Assembly (NCBI RefSeq): GCF_006345805.1
Contig: NC_043008.1
Location: 12,834,001-12,898,000 of the forward strand
DNA length: 64,000 bases
Source: Octopus sinensis
Lineage: Eukaryota
Reading direction: 5' to 3'
Positions 37,741 through 49,620 of this stretch are shown piece by piece. A program made the translations under genes and the position numbers. Below the pieces are notes generated by a model. The model was not told where the DNA came from. It saw only the letters and a list, made by a program, of their open reading frames with translations, and did no database searches. Every line of letters begins with the position of its first letter. Position 1 is the first letter of the stretch.

Positions 37741-38685
37741 ATGGAAAATCACGAGAGACGAAAGAAGCTTCATTCTATCATCAAGGAAAGCAAAAAATTT
37801 GCTATTGATCTCGTGCAGGATACCCAAACTGAACAACCCGAGGGAAGTACGGCAACTATTGTTGCAAAGAAGGTGAAAATGATGGCAATGAAAAAAGCGC
37901 ATGAGCAAATGGCTGATAGGTGGGAGGAGAAACCTCTGCACGGCAAATATGTGACCCGCACCAAACAAGCTGATGTTGACCAGAAGCAAACCCATCAGTG
38001 GCTGCGGAGCTCAGGGCTAAAAGCAGAGAGCGAAGGTTTCATCCTGGCTGCTCAAGACCAAAGCCTATCAACCCGGAACTACCAGGCCAATGTGATGAAA
38101 AATGGAGCAGACCCAAAATGCCGATTCTGCAACGACATGATTGAAACAGTGGACCACCTAATCTCTGGATGTAAAGTCTTAGCACCAGTGGAGTATAAAT
38201 TAAGACATGACAGAGTTGGCCAATATCTCCACTGGCTAATAAGTCGGCATTACAATATTAAAACTGCCGACAAGTGGTATAATCACCACCCTGAGGCTGT
38301 AACTGAAAGAGAAAATGTAATCATTCTGTGGGACTTTCCAGTACATACAGACCGAACCATCAAGGCCAATAAACCAGATATTGTTGTGAAAGACCAAAAC
38401 AATAAAGTTTGCTTATTGATCGACATGAGCATCCCCTGTGATCATAATATCTCAACGAAAGAGTTTGACAAGCTCAGAAAATATAAAGACCTACTCATTG
38501 AAATTGAGAAAATGTGGCATCTCAAGGCTGTTACAATACCAGTGATCGTAGGAGCACTAGGAATGATCAACAATGGAACCGAAAATTATATGAGAATGAT
38601 CCCTGGCTTACCATCCCTGCAAGAAGTGCAAAAGATTGTCTTAACTGGTACATCACACGTATTGAGAAGAGCATTGTCGATGTGA
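37741..38685 (+). CDS. Uninterrupted C-terminal ORF (about 315 aa) of a 5'-truncated R4/Dong-like non-LTR retrotransposon: CCHC finger plus restriction-like endonuclease
   Basis: CRFC..ETVDHLISGC, RHD, LWDF, KPDIVV, LLIDMSIP, KLRKY motifs; no stops; RT domain absent from this copy. Confidence 0.93.
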   Translation: MENHERRKKLHSIIKESKKFAIDLVQDTQTEQPEGSTATIVAKKVKMMAMKKAHEQMADRWEEKPLHGKYVTRTKQADVDQKQTHQWLRSSGLKAESEGFILAAQDQSLSTRNYQANVMKNGADPKCRFCNDMIETVDHLISGCKVLAPVEYKLRHDRVGQYLHWLISRHYNIKTADKWYNHHPEAVTERENVIILWDFPVHTDRTIKANKPDIVVKDQNNKVCLLIDMSIPCDHNISTKEFDKLRKYKDLLIEIEKMWHLKAVTIPVIVGALGMINNGTENYMRMIPGLPSLQEVQKIVLTGTSHVLRRALSM

Positions 38686-38861
38686 GAACTGTTGCTGCTC
38701 ATGTATTTTAATTTAACTTAAAAAAAAAAATTTTTTTTAAATGAACGAACTACTGAGTTTGGTTTAATGGCCTACCAATATACACTATGAGTTTCTTTGC
38801 CCTAGGAGTCGGGAAGACACTCGGCAAGAAATGGAAGAAAATTTGAAAGAAGAAAAAAAAG
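37741..38861 (+). mobile_element. R4/Dong-like LINE copy 1 (5'-truncated) within (TAA)n
   Basis: ORF plus 3' UTR ending gaaagaagaaaaaaaag, then TAA repeats 38862-39080. Confidence 0.93.
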
Positions 38862-38872
38862 TAATAATAATG

Positions 38873-38915
<43 letters not shown>

Positions 38916-39019
38916 TAATAAAAATAATAATAATGATGATGATGATGATGATGATGATAATGATAATAATAATAATAATAATAATAACAATAATAATAAT
39001 GATAATAATAATAATAATG

Positions 39020-39067
<48 letters not shown>

Positions 39068-39084
39068 TTAATAATGTTAATAAT

Positions 39085-39608
39085 GCAGTACCAGGCAGTG
39101 GCTCTCATGGCTTTGGATCATAACTTATTGCAAGCGTTATCGTGTACATTTTTTGTCTCGGCATAAAAGATGGGCTGCAGCAAATATTCTGCTGAATACC
39201 ACAGATTTGTTTGTCAGTTGTTTGACCTTAACCAGTTGACTATGTCCCTTTGTGGCTGAGGATAAGTGCATCTCTGATTACGAGCAGAAGTAGTGGGGGA
39301 TCATCATAGATATGTGTTGAAAGGAATTATTTGGGGTCTGCATAATTCACCTCTGGAAACATGGCTGTTTTGGTCATCAGCCTTGAAACAGATAATATTC
39401 AGTGGCATTTTGAGCAGGATAGGCTACTCGACCACAAAAAGTTCTAACTGGATCCCACCGTCGAGTTCATACGCTGTCTATCTCGATAGATGGTTGTGAT
39501 GCATGCGCCTGGTGTACCCTTATCAGACGGGTAGTCATGATGGTTATACTGGGCTTCGTATATTTGTACCCAGTGTCACTTTGATGACATGCGTTGCTCT
39601 CCCACCCA
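39085..39608. mobile_element. About 520-bp non-coding interspersed element flanked by TAA repeats on both sides
   Basis: Begins right after the TAA tail of the R4 copy, ends ctctcccacccaataataat; partial relative at 31682-31775. Confidence 0.65.
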
Positions 39609-39976
39609 ATAATAATAATAATGGTTTCAAGTTTTGCTACAAGAACCGCAATTTTAGGGGAGCGAACTAGTCGATTACATCGACCCCAGTGTTTAATTAG
39701 TACTTATTTAACGCGAGTATGACTTACGTTGTGGGCGTATCTATCTATCTTTCTATCTACTTAACTATCTATTTCGTACTTTGTCTTTATATATACATAC
39801 TTACATACATGCAGATTTGTAGAAGGCTTTATAAATATATACGTGTGTATAAACAATGTGTGCTTATACTAAAGGTATAGTTGTATACATGCGTAAATTT
39901 CTACAAGCGTATGCATACATGATCCGTCCATAAGTTCATTCATATCTGCACATATACATACATACAACTCTCTCTC

Positions 39977-40055
<79 letters not shown>

Positions 40056-40058
<3 letters not shown>

Positions 40059-40429
40059 GAAAGTAAAGAATGCCAAGCAGCATTGCATGTATAGGTAGCC
40101 GACTCCTTCATATTTGTTTGGATGTGTGTATGTATGACGTTAAGAAGTTCGGCGTGTTTTATCTTTGGCATAGAATTTACCAGTATCGTGTTTTGAAATA
40201 TGTTGCGTGTGCATTTGTCTTATCTGAATACCATAGATAATTTCCAATACCTTGAACAACGATTTAACGAAGTCAGGGGAAATATCAATATCAAGAACTG
40301 GTTCCAAAGAACGAACGAACGTGAAATAGACGGTGTAATAGACAATGTTATTCATAGGATGGTGTCTGACATTATGTCATCGTGGTTATATTTTCTTGTT
40401 GGGGATGGAGTCGGTGAATAGTATCATAC

Positions 40430-40462
<33 letters not shown>

Positions 40463-41855
40463 ATATTATATATATATATATATATAAACATAATATATAT
40501 ATATATATATAAACATAATATATATATATATATAAATATATATATATAAACATAATATATATATATATAATATATATATATAAACATAATATATATATAT
40601 ATATATAATATATATATATATATGTTTTTTTTTTATATCCTTGAACAGAACAAGAAAAGTGAACCGGAAGGTAGAAAGTGAACTACATAATCATGTTGCT
40701 CTTACAAACTTAATTATTCTTACACTGTTGGATAGAAACCTGAAACTTTACATGTTTCAGACAATTTCAAAGAGTTTCCTCAGATTAACTTGAGGGTCGA
40801 AATATTCGGCCATTCACGACAAAAGCTGGCGTTCAAAAGCATCATTGTTAAGCTGTCTGTATGTACGCAGGTATGTATATATTTATATGTATATACATGC
40901 GTGTATTTATGTATGTATTTACACACAGAAAAAACACAAACAAACACACAGACATATATATCTACGTACAAATACATATATGTGTGTGTGTTTTCTGTGT
41001 ATGTGTATTTATATATATGTATGTATGCATATAGATACATATATATATATATATGAAGAAAGTAAAGAATGCCAAGCAGCATTGCATGTATAGGTAGCCG
41101 ACTCCTTCATATTTGTTTGGATGTGTGTATGTATGACGTTAAGAAGTTCGGCGTGTTTTATCTTTGGCATAGAATTTACCAGTATCGTGTTTTGAAATAT
41201 GTTGCGTGTGCATTTGTCTTATCTGAATACCATAGATAATTTCCAATACCTTGAACAACGATTTAACGAAGTCAGGGGAAATATCAATATCAAGAACTGG
41301 TTCCAAAGAACGAACGAACGTGAAATAGACGGTGTAATAGACAATGTTATTCATAGGATGGTGTCTGACATTATGTCATCGTGGTTATATTTTCTTGTTG
41401 GGGATGGAGTCGGTGAATAGTATCATACATATATATATGTTTTTTTTTTATATCCTTGAACAGAACAAGAAAAGTGAACCGGAAGGTAGAAAGTGAACTA
41501 CATAATCATGTTGCTCTTACAAACTTAATTATTCTTACACTGTTGGATAGAAACCTGAAACTTTACATGTTTCAGACAATTTCAAAGAGTTTCCTCAGAG
41601 TAACTTGAGGGTCGAAATATTCGGCCATTCACGACAAAAGCTGGCGTTCAAAAGCATCATTGTTAAGCTGTCTGTATGTACGCAGGTATGTATATATTTA
41701 TATGTATATACATGCGTGTATTTATGTATGTATTTACACACAGAAAAAACACAAACAACACACAGACATATATATCTACGTACAAATACATATATGTGTG
41801 TGTGTTTTCTGTGTATGTGTATTTATATATATGTATGTATGCATATAGATACATA
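40056..41855. repeat. Near-identical tandem duplication, offset 999 bp
   Basis: ORFs 40200-40421 and 41199-41420 are identical; junction in (TA)n at about 41045; the second unit lacks most of an internal TA run. Confidence 0.95.
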
Positions 41856-41860
41856 GATAT

Positions 41861-41922
<62 letters not shown>

Positions 41923-41952
41923 ATATATAAATATATATATATATAACATAAT

Positions 41953-41999
<47 letters not shown>

Positions 42000-44039
42000 T
42001 TCGCATACACATCCAAATAATCGAAATATCGCATACACCAGCATACACCTGCACATATACATACGCATGCGTATACACATACAATGATGGACATACATAC
42101 ATATACACTCGCAAGGACGTACACACATAATATTTACGTATATACATACTAATACATCGGGTGTATAAATATTTGTGTATATCTGAATGCAAGTATATAA
42201 ATTCTTACTACACCAGGAACTATTGATTCATTTACGACTCCTGTCAGAGACATAAATCTGCAAAGTGTATAGTCACAAGGGAATCGCACTTATAACTCGT
42301 GTATAGCGCGCAGCGTATTCTACCTTGCGATGAAAGGCAATGTTTTAGACCAAGTATAGAAAAAAATAATCTCACACACTGGGGTCGATTTATGCCACTG
42401 AAATTCTACAAGGTGGTGCTCCAGCATGGCTGTAGTTTACTGATTGAAACAAGTACAAGATAAATAAGACTGGACATATTTCTTCAATTAATATGAACAA
42501 TCACGGCAACGATTAATCTGCTTGATAATTAGTACACAATAATATAATTACATGCAGGCGTCGTGTAATTTTCCCTAATAAACTACAGATTCCTGCATTT
42601 AGTGATGTTTATTGAATTGCATGCCTCAATTAGAATTTAAAATTGGCACCGAAAAAAGTCTCTAAAACAAGCGGTTTCACAGATTTTTCGCTGCTAATTT
42701 CAGATCATGTGTCAAGGGTTTCTGTGATCGTGTTCAGTGTTGACAATAAGATTGGGTGCATAAAATATTCTAGAGTTTATTACATATATTTTTTTATTTT
42801 CACTTCTGAACTAGAAATGTGTGTATCATAGGGGTAGTTTAATCCGTGTAAATGCTTGAATAAAGACATTTCCATTTTATTCCATAAATGAATTCACTCA
42901 AAACATTGCTCCCTTCGTAGTACCCATCCCCAATAACTGGCAGATTAATAAATCTTTTTCATTGCTACTTCCATGACAATAACGCACAAACACGCGAACA
43001 TTCCAAATCAGCAATGTCTGTTGACTCATTCATTTGAAAAGAGAATTTCAAGCTTATTTTAACGCATCTGAGCTCATTTTCACGGATATATGCATGTTTT
43101 AAAGCTGCTATGAAAAACGATAGTTTATCGATATATTTCATGCATCTTATCTATAATACGGTCCCAAAATGTTTCACATAGTGCTCTATCCTTTCTGAAA
43201 TTGCATACGTTTATACTTCGTTTTGTTACTGTATAACACATGACATTTAGTAATGGGTAAGCATTTTAAAAATCTATGGCAAAATGTCGAAAACTTTGCT
43301 TCTAATTAGCTTCAACATTAAAGATTTTCCCCTTGGATTTTATTTCGAAATGCCTCAACATTTTAATTCAGTCGCTTGGCTGATTTGTTCCTTTAATGCG
43401 GCTGGAAACACCTGAATATCCAGTTCAGGCGTGAAACACGAATATCTGTTCACATTGGATTTTCTCCATCACTAGAACGGAATTTAAATGGCGGAGATTT
43501 AGTAGTGTCCTTAAAACGTCGAGTAGAGTACTTTGCACTGATTTCTCCGTTTATGTGCCTCCCCGAGTTCAAATAATACTGACGCTAACATTGACTTTCG
43601 TCGTCTCAATACATTCTAGTGTCAATAAATAAGCTATCGATCAAGTCCTGAATTCATTCCTTCTTTCTGTCTTTGTTGCATTTTAGCTACCTCTCTCACC
43701 TTCCCCTTCTCTCTCTGTCTCTCTCTCTTTGTCTTTCTCTCCCTCCTCTCTCACTGAATCGTTTAACTTACCCTTTAGATAGAGTAAATGGATAAAACTC
43801 ACGTCGTCATTTTGTTCAGAAATAAATGAAGGTGAAACGAAGAGAGACCAGGTTTCATTGATATTGATATGACGCTCGTGCTGGCCAAGGGTAGATAGAT
43901 ATGCAATACAACAAGGGAAGAAAATAAAGAAGAATCCTCGGGCGTGTGCTATTTTGGCAGCACAAAATACTTCATTCTACTCATATTCTTTTCGTAATTG
44001 ATTCTGAACGGCATGGTTATAAGTATTACAAACATAATA

Positions 44040-44220
44040 TGAGGGACCCTGAAAGGTTACAGGCTCTGGGCAAAAAGAATATAGAAGAAGATAAGTTAAT
44101 CATGATTTTATTTAATGTATTCCCCTCTCAGATTCATACACTTCTTGCAGTGGTCCTTCAGCTTTTCTAAGCCCTGTATAAGAACTCAGAAATTTGAGCC
44201 TCCAAACATGTCTTTCGCAA
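44040..44220 (-). mobile_element. mariner transposon 3' end fragment
   Basis: Minus translation QGLEKLKDHCKKCMNLRGEYIK* matches the mariner C-terminus G+.KL..RW.KC+...G.Y+E; terminal TA|tgagggaccctgaaagg. Confidence 0.8.
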
Positions 44221-44489
44221 TTTCCTTAAAGCGAGGAACTTTCCAACACACACTCGTAGGAAGAATTTCGACAGTGTTTCGTGGTCTACTACCACAACAG
44301 CTCCTTTATAGGATCCAGTTAGCTCAAGGCATCACCAGGAGGAACCACGTCCGGTTTCGGCCTCTACTCCTCTACCATTTTCACGTGGCGGGCCCCCCCA
44401 CCCTTTCGGAGGTTCTTCAGCTCTGGTGTTGAGTGCATGTCTTCTTTCTTCTTCTTTCTTCTGTTCCCTGGCCCCTTCGATGTAGCGTC

Positions 44490-44550
44490 AACGAGTGTCA
44501 GCGGGCGACTAACTGACTGACTTGTCAAATCTTTTCCCTTTAAATACCTG
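44490..44550 (-). promoter_or_regulatory. Candidate TATA plus initiator pair
   Basis: Minus TATTTAAA (44546-44539) with TCAGTC/TCAGTT initiators whose A lies 28 and 32 nt downstream of the first T. Confidence 0.35.
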
Positions 44551-45571
44551 CTGGTTAATAATTGAGATAGTGCTAGCATTATTTGGTGCACACGAAACGT
44601 TACAATTGCAGATCAATCTTACAAACTTTTGAACAGGAAATAGATGTATTTCTTTGTCAAAACGAAATTTAGAACAGCATATAACAAAAACAGATAAAGC
44701 ACATATGTGATTTTGAATACATGTAACTAAATCTTTGGCCTTCAGCCATAACTTGCGTTTCCTCGCTAATATTGATGATAAAACATACGCCTGTGGTTAC
44801 CTTTATGAATCTGTATTTAGGTTTATTTCATAATGGAAATAACACATGTAAAAACATCGACAAATAACATATGTAAAAATATTTATACCATGTTTAGAAT
44901 ATTTCAGTGAATGTATCATAAATTGTAGTTTTTCATTGCATTGTATAAATACATTTTTCTGCGCATGTCTGTTGCTGGTTTAATATTATTTTACTGACGT
45001 TGACTAGACTATTCTGAACAAACGTGTTCCTAACATATATCGATATACATTATATAACGGAAATAGAGAATAATAGGTACAACAGTGTATATATTAACAA
45101 AAGAAAATACGAATAAGAAAGAGTTTACTGATAATTATTTTCCCCTTTAAGGATTAGATGTTTGTAAATTGTTTGACGTTTACAAATCGCATCGTGACAC
45201 TTTTCTTCTTCCGGAGAACAGAGGTTTTTTATCATATAAAAAGAACCGCTGATTCTGTAAACGTATTTACTATGCTACTCTGAATATAATAGCTTTTTGA
45301 AATTTTGTTGTGTGTTGTTATAATTTGTGCAATATTTTTGCAAACACAATAAGCCATAAGCATCTTATTCTATATTTATGACTGATTGGAAAATATTTTT
45401 CAGTCGCTATATTGAACAATTGGGAAAAATTATAATTTACTAATTTACTTGTTTACCAGATGGAATAATTAGCCATAAAGTATTCTTCGGGTTAAGATCA
45501 TACTCTTGATGTTTACACCCGTTGTTCGAAGGAATATTTAATATATGCATAATACAAGTATATACATAGAA

Positions 45572-45612
<41 letters not shown>

Positions 45613-46074
45613 TAAAAAGAAATAAACAGTCTCTGACTGCTATTTCTAATTTTTTCGGTATGTGGCTAAGCAACCTGTTGCCTGCCTCTTTTATTTATAT
45701 ACGAAATATATATATACTGAACTTTATAGAAGTTCCTACCGTTAATGGTTATATTTACATGCCGAAATCTACCAGTAAATAATTGTTGATTTTTTAAAAA
45801 CCAATAAAGATATTATTTACTCTTATTATATATATAGACAGATAGATGAATAGATTGCAATAGATTACCTGCCCATGTTCAGCGCAACGTAAGACAATGG
45901 CCTTAGCATGTTCTCTCCATCAGTAAATGGCTTGAGATCATACTGGTTTGATGATGGTAATCTGCCGCACTGGATCGACATCGCTTGGCAGCAGGATGCA
46001 TTTTTGCAACTCCTACTCAGCAGTACTCAAGTCATTATATAGACTCCAGTCGTCGACTTGTATTTATTTTTTCA

Positions 46075-46495
46075 ATGCCGAAGGATAAAAGCTTAAGTTC
46101 ACCTTGGTTGGAATTTAAGCTCAGAACGTACAGACGGACAAAATAACATTAAGCATTACGCCCGGCATGCTAACGGTTCTACCAGCTCGCCCTCCCACAC
46201 ACACATGCATACGCACATACACAAACACACACACATCTTTAGGTTGCATTTGTATGCGCTTGTTTGTGTGTGTTCGCATAGGTTTATCCACACTTAACTT
46301 ACCTCCAATATTTGCTAACGTAGAAGCGACAAGCCGGCAGAACCGGTAGCACGCTGCGCCGGGCAAAATGCGTAGTGGCATTTTACCTTCTGAGTTCAAA
46401 TCACACCGAGGCCAGCTTTGCATTTCATCTTTTCGGGCTCGATAAAATAAGTACCAGTTAACCATTGAGGTCATTCGACTTACCCACTCCACCTA
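46075..46495. mobile_element. Two degenerate SINE family A copies, divergent (46075-46190 minus, 46322-46495 plus)
   Basis: tcagaacgtacagacggac..acgcccggcatgctaacg and ttctgagttcaaatcacaccgagg..tttcatcttttcggg.tcgataaaataagtaccag. Confidence 0.8.
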
Positions 46496-47918
46496 CATCG
46501 ACAAATATTTATAATCAATTATTCTGGCATATGTTTCCTCCTGTGTAATTTATACGATATTGGTTCCAGGCACGTGCTTATATAAATGATATTATATATT
46601 GCAACTTGATCCTCATAAATGTGGTATCAACTACATATATCTGTGTCGGATTTTCATTGCTTCAGTATCCATACATATAGAAAAAGAGCTCCCTTAGAAG
46701 CAGTATAATTTTACAACCACCTCATTTGTCAAGCGAATGTTTTTGCACTGTCTTCATGCTACTATTAAGCAAAACAAAACCATCGGCCCGAAATGTAATA
46801 TAGTGCGCCCTGAGACATCACTTAGCATCTATACGCCTAAAGCAATACCTTTATGTGCTTTCAAACACATTATTACCGCCTGGTACACAGAAACATCCCA
46901 CGCACAGCATCTCACAACAGAGCATGTTATAGAAATTCTGCAGGAAAATGGGGGAAAAACACATAAAATCGAACAACACAATCGTGTTTAAATCCTTTTG
47001 TGAATACAAGAGTTTGTTCGTATGAATTTTGAAGCAGAACAGCACTTATGTTTCTTTGTTGATTTATCATTACTCATATTAATTCTCTCTGTGCTATGCT
47101 GCCATTAAGCCGTAGAAATAAAGTCGGAATACTGAGTGCAAGCGTTATTTCGCATTCATGCAGAACGTACAAAGAAACCTGCAAAGGCACATAATTCGAA
47201 GAGAGATAGCTAGATAATTACATACATATATATGATGTCAATAGTATGTTTCAGAAACTAGTAGTTTAATCTAGTCCACGAATATTTCCATCCTGGGTAC
47301 ATGCGCTATGAGAATACATTAGGAAAACGTCTTAAAAGAAGACTACATTGACTTGGTGCATACGAATAAAATACGGGTGTCCAATCTTTCGAAAAAAAAA
47401 TTTTCTTCAAGTCGTTGCCCCAGGATAGATCTCGGTTTAACGAATGAAACAATTGGTACATTAAAAATACGTGTGGAAGCGTGACTATCAACATACGGGT
47501 AGGGAACGAATTCATTGCTAAATAAAAAGAAACACACAGGTATAACCCATTGTCTCTAAATGTGAATATGTATATTTACATGTGCGTGTATATATATATT
47601 TTCAATACTTTTCTCGCTTGAATGATTGTTCGTTTCTCTTTTGTCATCTGAAATTTTATTTTTGGATCGTCTATATATATGAAGAATTTTCCTCCGTCTG
47701 GCTGTTTTTCTCTCTGCAAAACGGAACAGTTATGCATTATGGAACAGTCATTTTAACGAGATATTTTATTTATCACACGACGAGATACGTCTGCACCACC
47801 GGATACTCCTGAACCAGTTTTTGTGTGTGCGACAAGAGGAGTCGATGCTAGATGTGTCGAAACAATTGTCGTGATAAATAATATATTCTCGTATATTCCA
47901 CCTTCTGTCTTTTATTTG

Positions 47919-47958
<40 letters not shown>

Positions 47959-48588
47959 GGAAAGAGAGAGAGATAGAGAGAGAGAGAGAGAAATAGACGA
48001 ACAATCACACACATATATACACAAGTATATAGTCGTGCATGAGTACGTACACATGTACATGCGCAATCGTGTATACAATATGCATTGTATGTCTGTTAAT
48101 TTGTCTTTTTCAAGAAGACATCGTAACAACCCTCCTGTCATACATGCGTGTGTACGTGCACACACAAATATATGTATATATATATATTTGATATATGTGT
48201 GAATATATTAATGTGTGTATATGTATATATATGTATATATCATATATATATATATGTGTGTATATATGTGTGTATATGAATATATATATGTATATATATA
48301 TATGTATATATGTATATATATACATACACCTATGTATGTACATATATATATGTATGTATGCATAAATATATTTAGGTATATATATATATATATACATATA
48401 TATTCAAGAGAGAGAGAGAGAGAGAGCGACAGACAGAGAGGTGGGGAGAGCGAGAGGGAGAAGGTGAGTGATTTATAAATACGTTCAAACTTATGCTTAC
48501 GTCTTTTCGATGAACGTAAAGAAGACTTTTAGGTATACATAAGATAAAGTTCCATTCGGTTATTTATTTTTATCTTATTTTTATTTCA

Positions 48589-48634
<46 letters not shown>

Positions 48635-49110
48635 GTTTTGCTTTGTTTTGTTTTGTTTTGTATTTTTAGTTTTATTTTTGCTGAAACGTAACAGCATTTT
48701 TAAGAGTTCTTTTATCAATATGCCCTCCTGAAATATCGAATTATTTTGCGACATTTTGAAATTCATATTTGTCTAGGCATATATATATCCATTGATCTAC
48801 AATGTGTATTTATATACAACTTTCCACACATGCAAATATATACATACTCACTTGCGCGCTCAAACACAAACATGCATACACACACTCCGGTGCACACGCA
48901 CACACACTCACTGATAAAGTCTGTCTTTGCGCAATGCTTCGGTAGGTCTGTCGTATTTTCTATATCTCTCAATGTACATGACCACCTATTTTATGCATAA
49001 GTATGTGATTGTACACAGCTATGTGTGTGTGTGTGTGTGTGTGTGAGTGAAAGTGTATATATCTATGTGTATGCATATATCTGATACAGTATATTATAAT
49101 ACTACTACCA

Positions 49111-49180
<70 letters not shown>

Positions 49181-49181
49181 T

Positions 49182-49243
<62 letters not shown>

Positions 49244-49264
49244 TAATAATAATAATAATTACTA

Positions 49265-49394
49265 TCATGGTTCAGTCCTACTACATGGCACCTTGGGCAA
49301 GTGTCTTCTACTATAGCCTTGGGCTGACCAAAGCCTTGTGAGTGGATTTGGTAGACGGAAACTGAAAGAACCCCGTCGTATATATGTATATGAG

Positions 49395-49429
<35 letters not shown>

Positions 49430-49510
49430 ATGTTTGAGTGTCTGTGTTTGCCCCCCCCCACCGACATCAACCTGACAACCGATGCTGGTGTGTTTACGTC
49501 CCCGTAACTT
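49265..49510 (+). mobile_element. SINE family B fragment (duplicate at about 51169-51414)
   Basis: ggttcagtcc..ggcaccttgggcaagtgtcttctactatagcc...gatgctggtgtgttta.gtccccgtaactt. Confidence 0.9.
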
Positions 49511-49514
49511 CACA

Positions 49515-49620
49515 CTCGCCTACCAATAACTTCTCATAGAAAACCGGAGTGGAACTTCACCGACCGAATTGCTTGCCTGACAGAGGACTGTCAGCGCCTG
49601 AACACCTTAGCTGACAGGCA
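49515..49620 (+). pseudogene. Possible Gypsy-type integrase C-terminal remnant (duplicate at about 51419-51524)
   Basis: LAYQ*LLIENRSGTSPTELLA resembles LAYR.TP..N.G.SPAELL; multiple stops. Confidence 0.4.

Noticed and set aside
39262-39292. CTGAGGA...GCAGAAG as a possible hammerhead in the TAA-flanked element
   Set aside because: GAAG instead of GAAA, and no convincing stem I or III.
44395-44425. Minus-strand CTGAAGA ACCTCC GAAAG
   Set aside because: No pairable stem II between the core halves.
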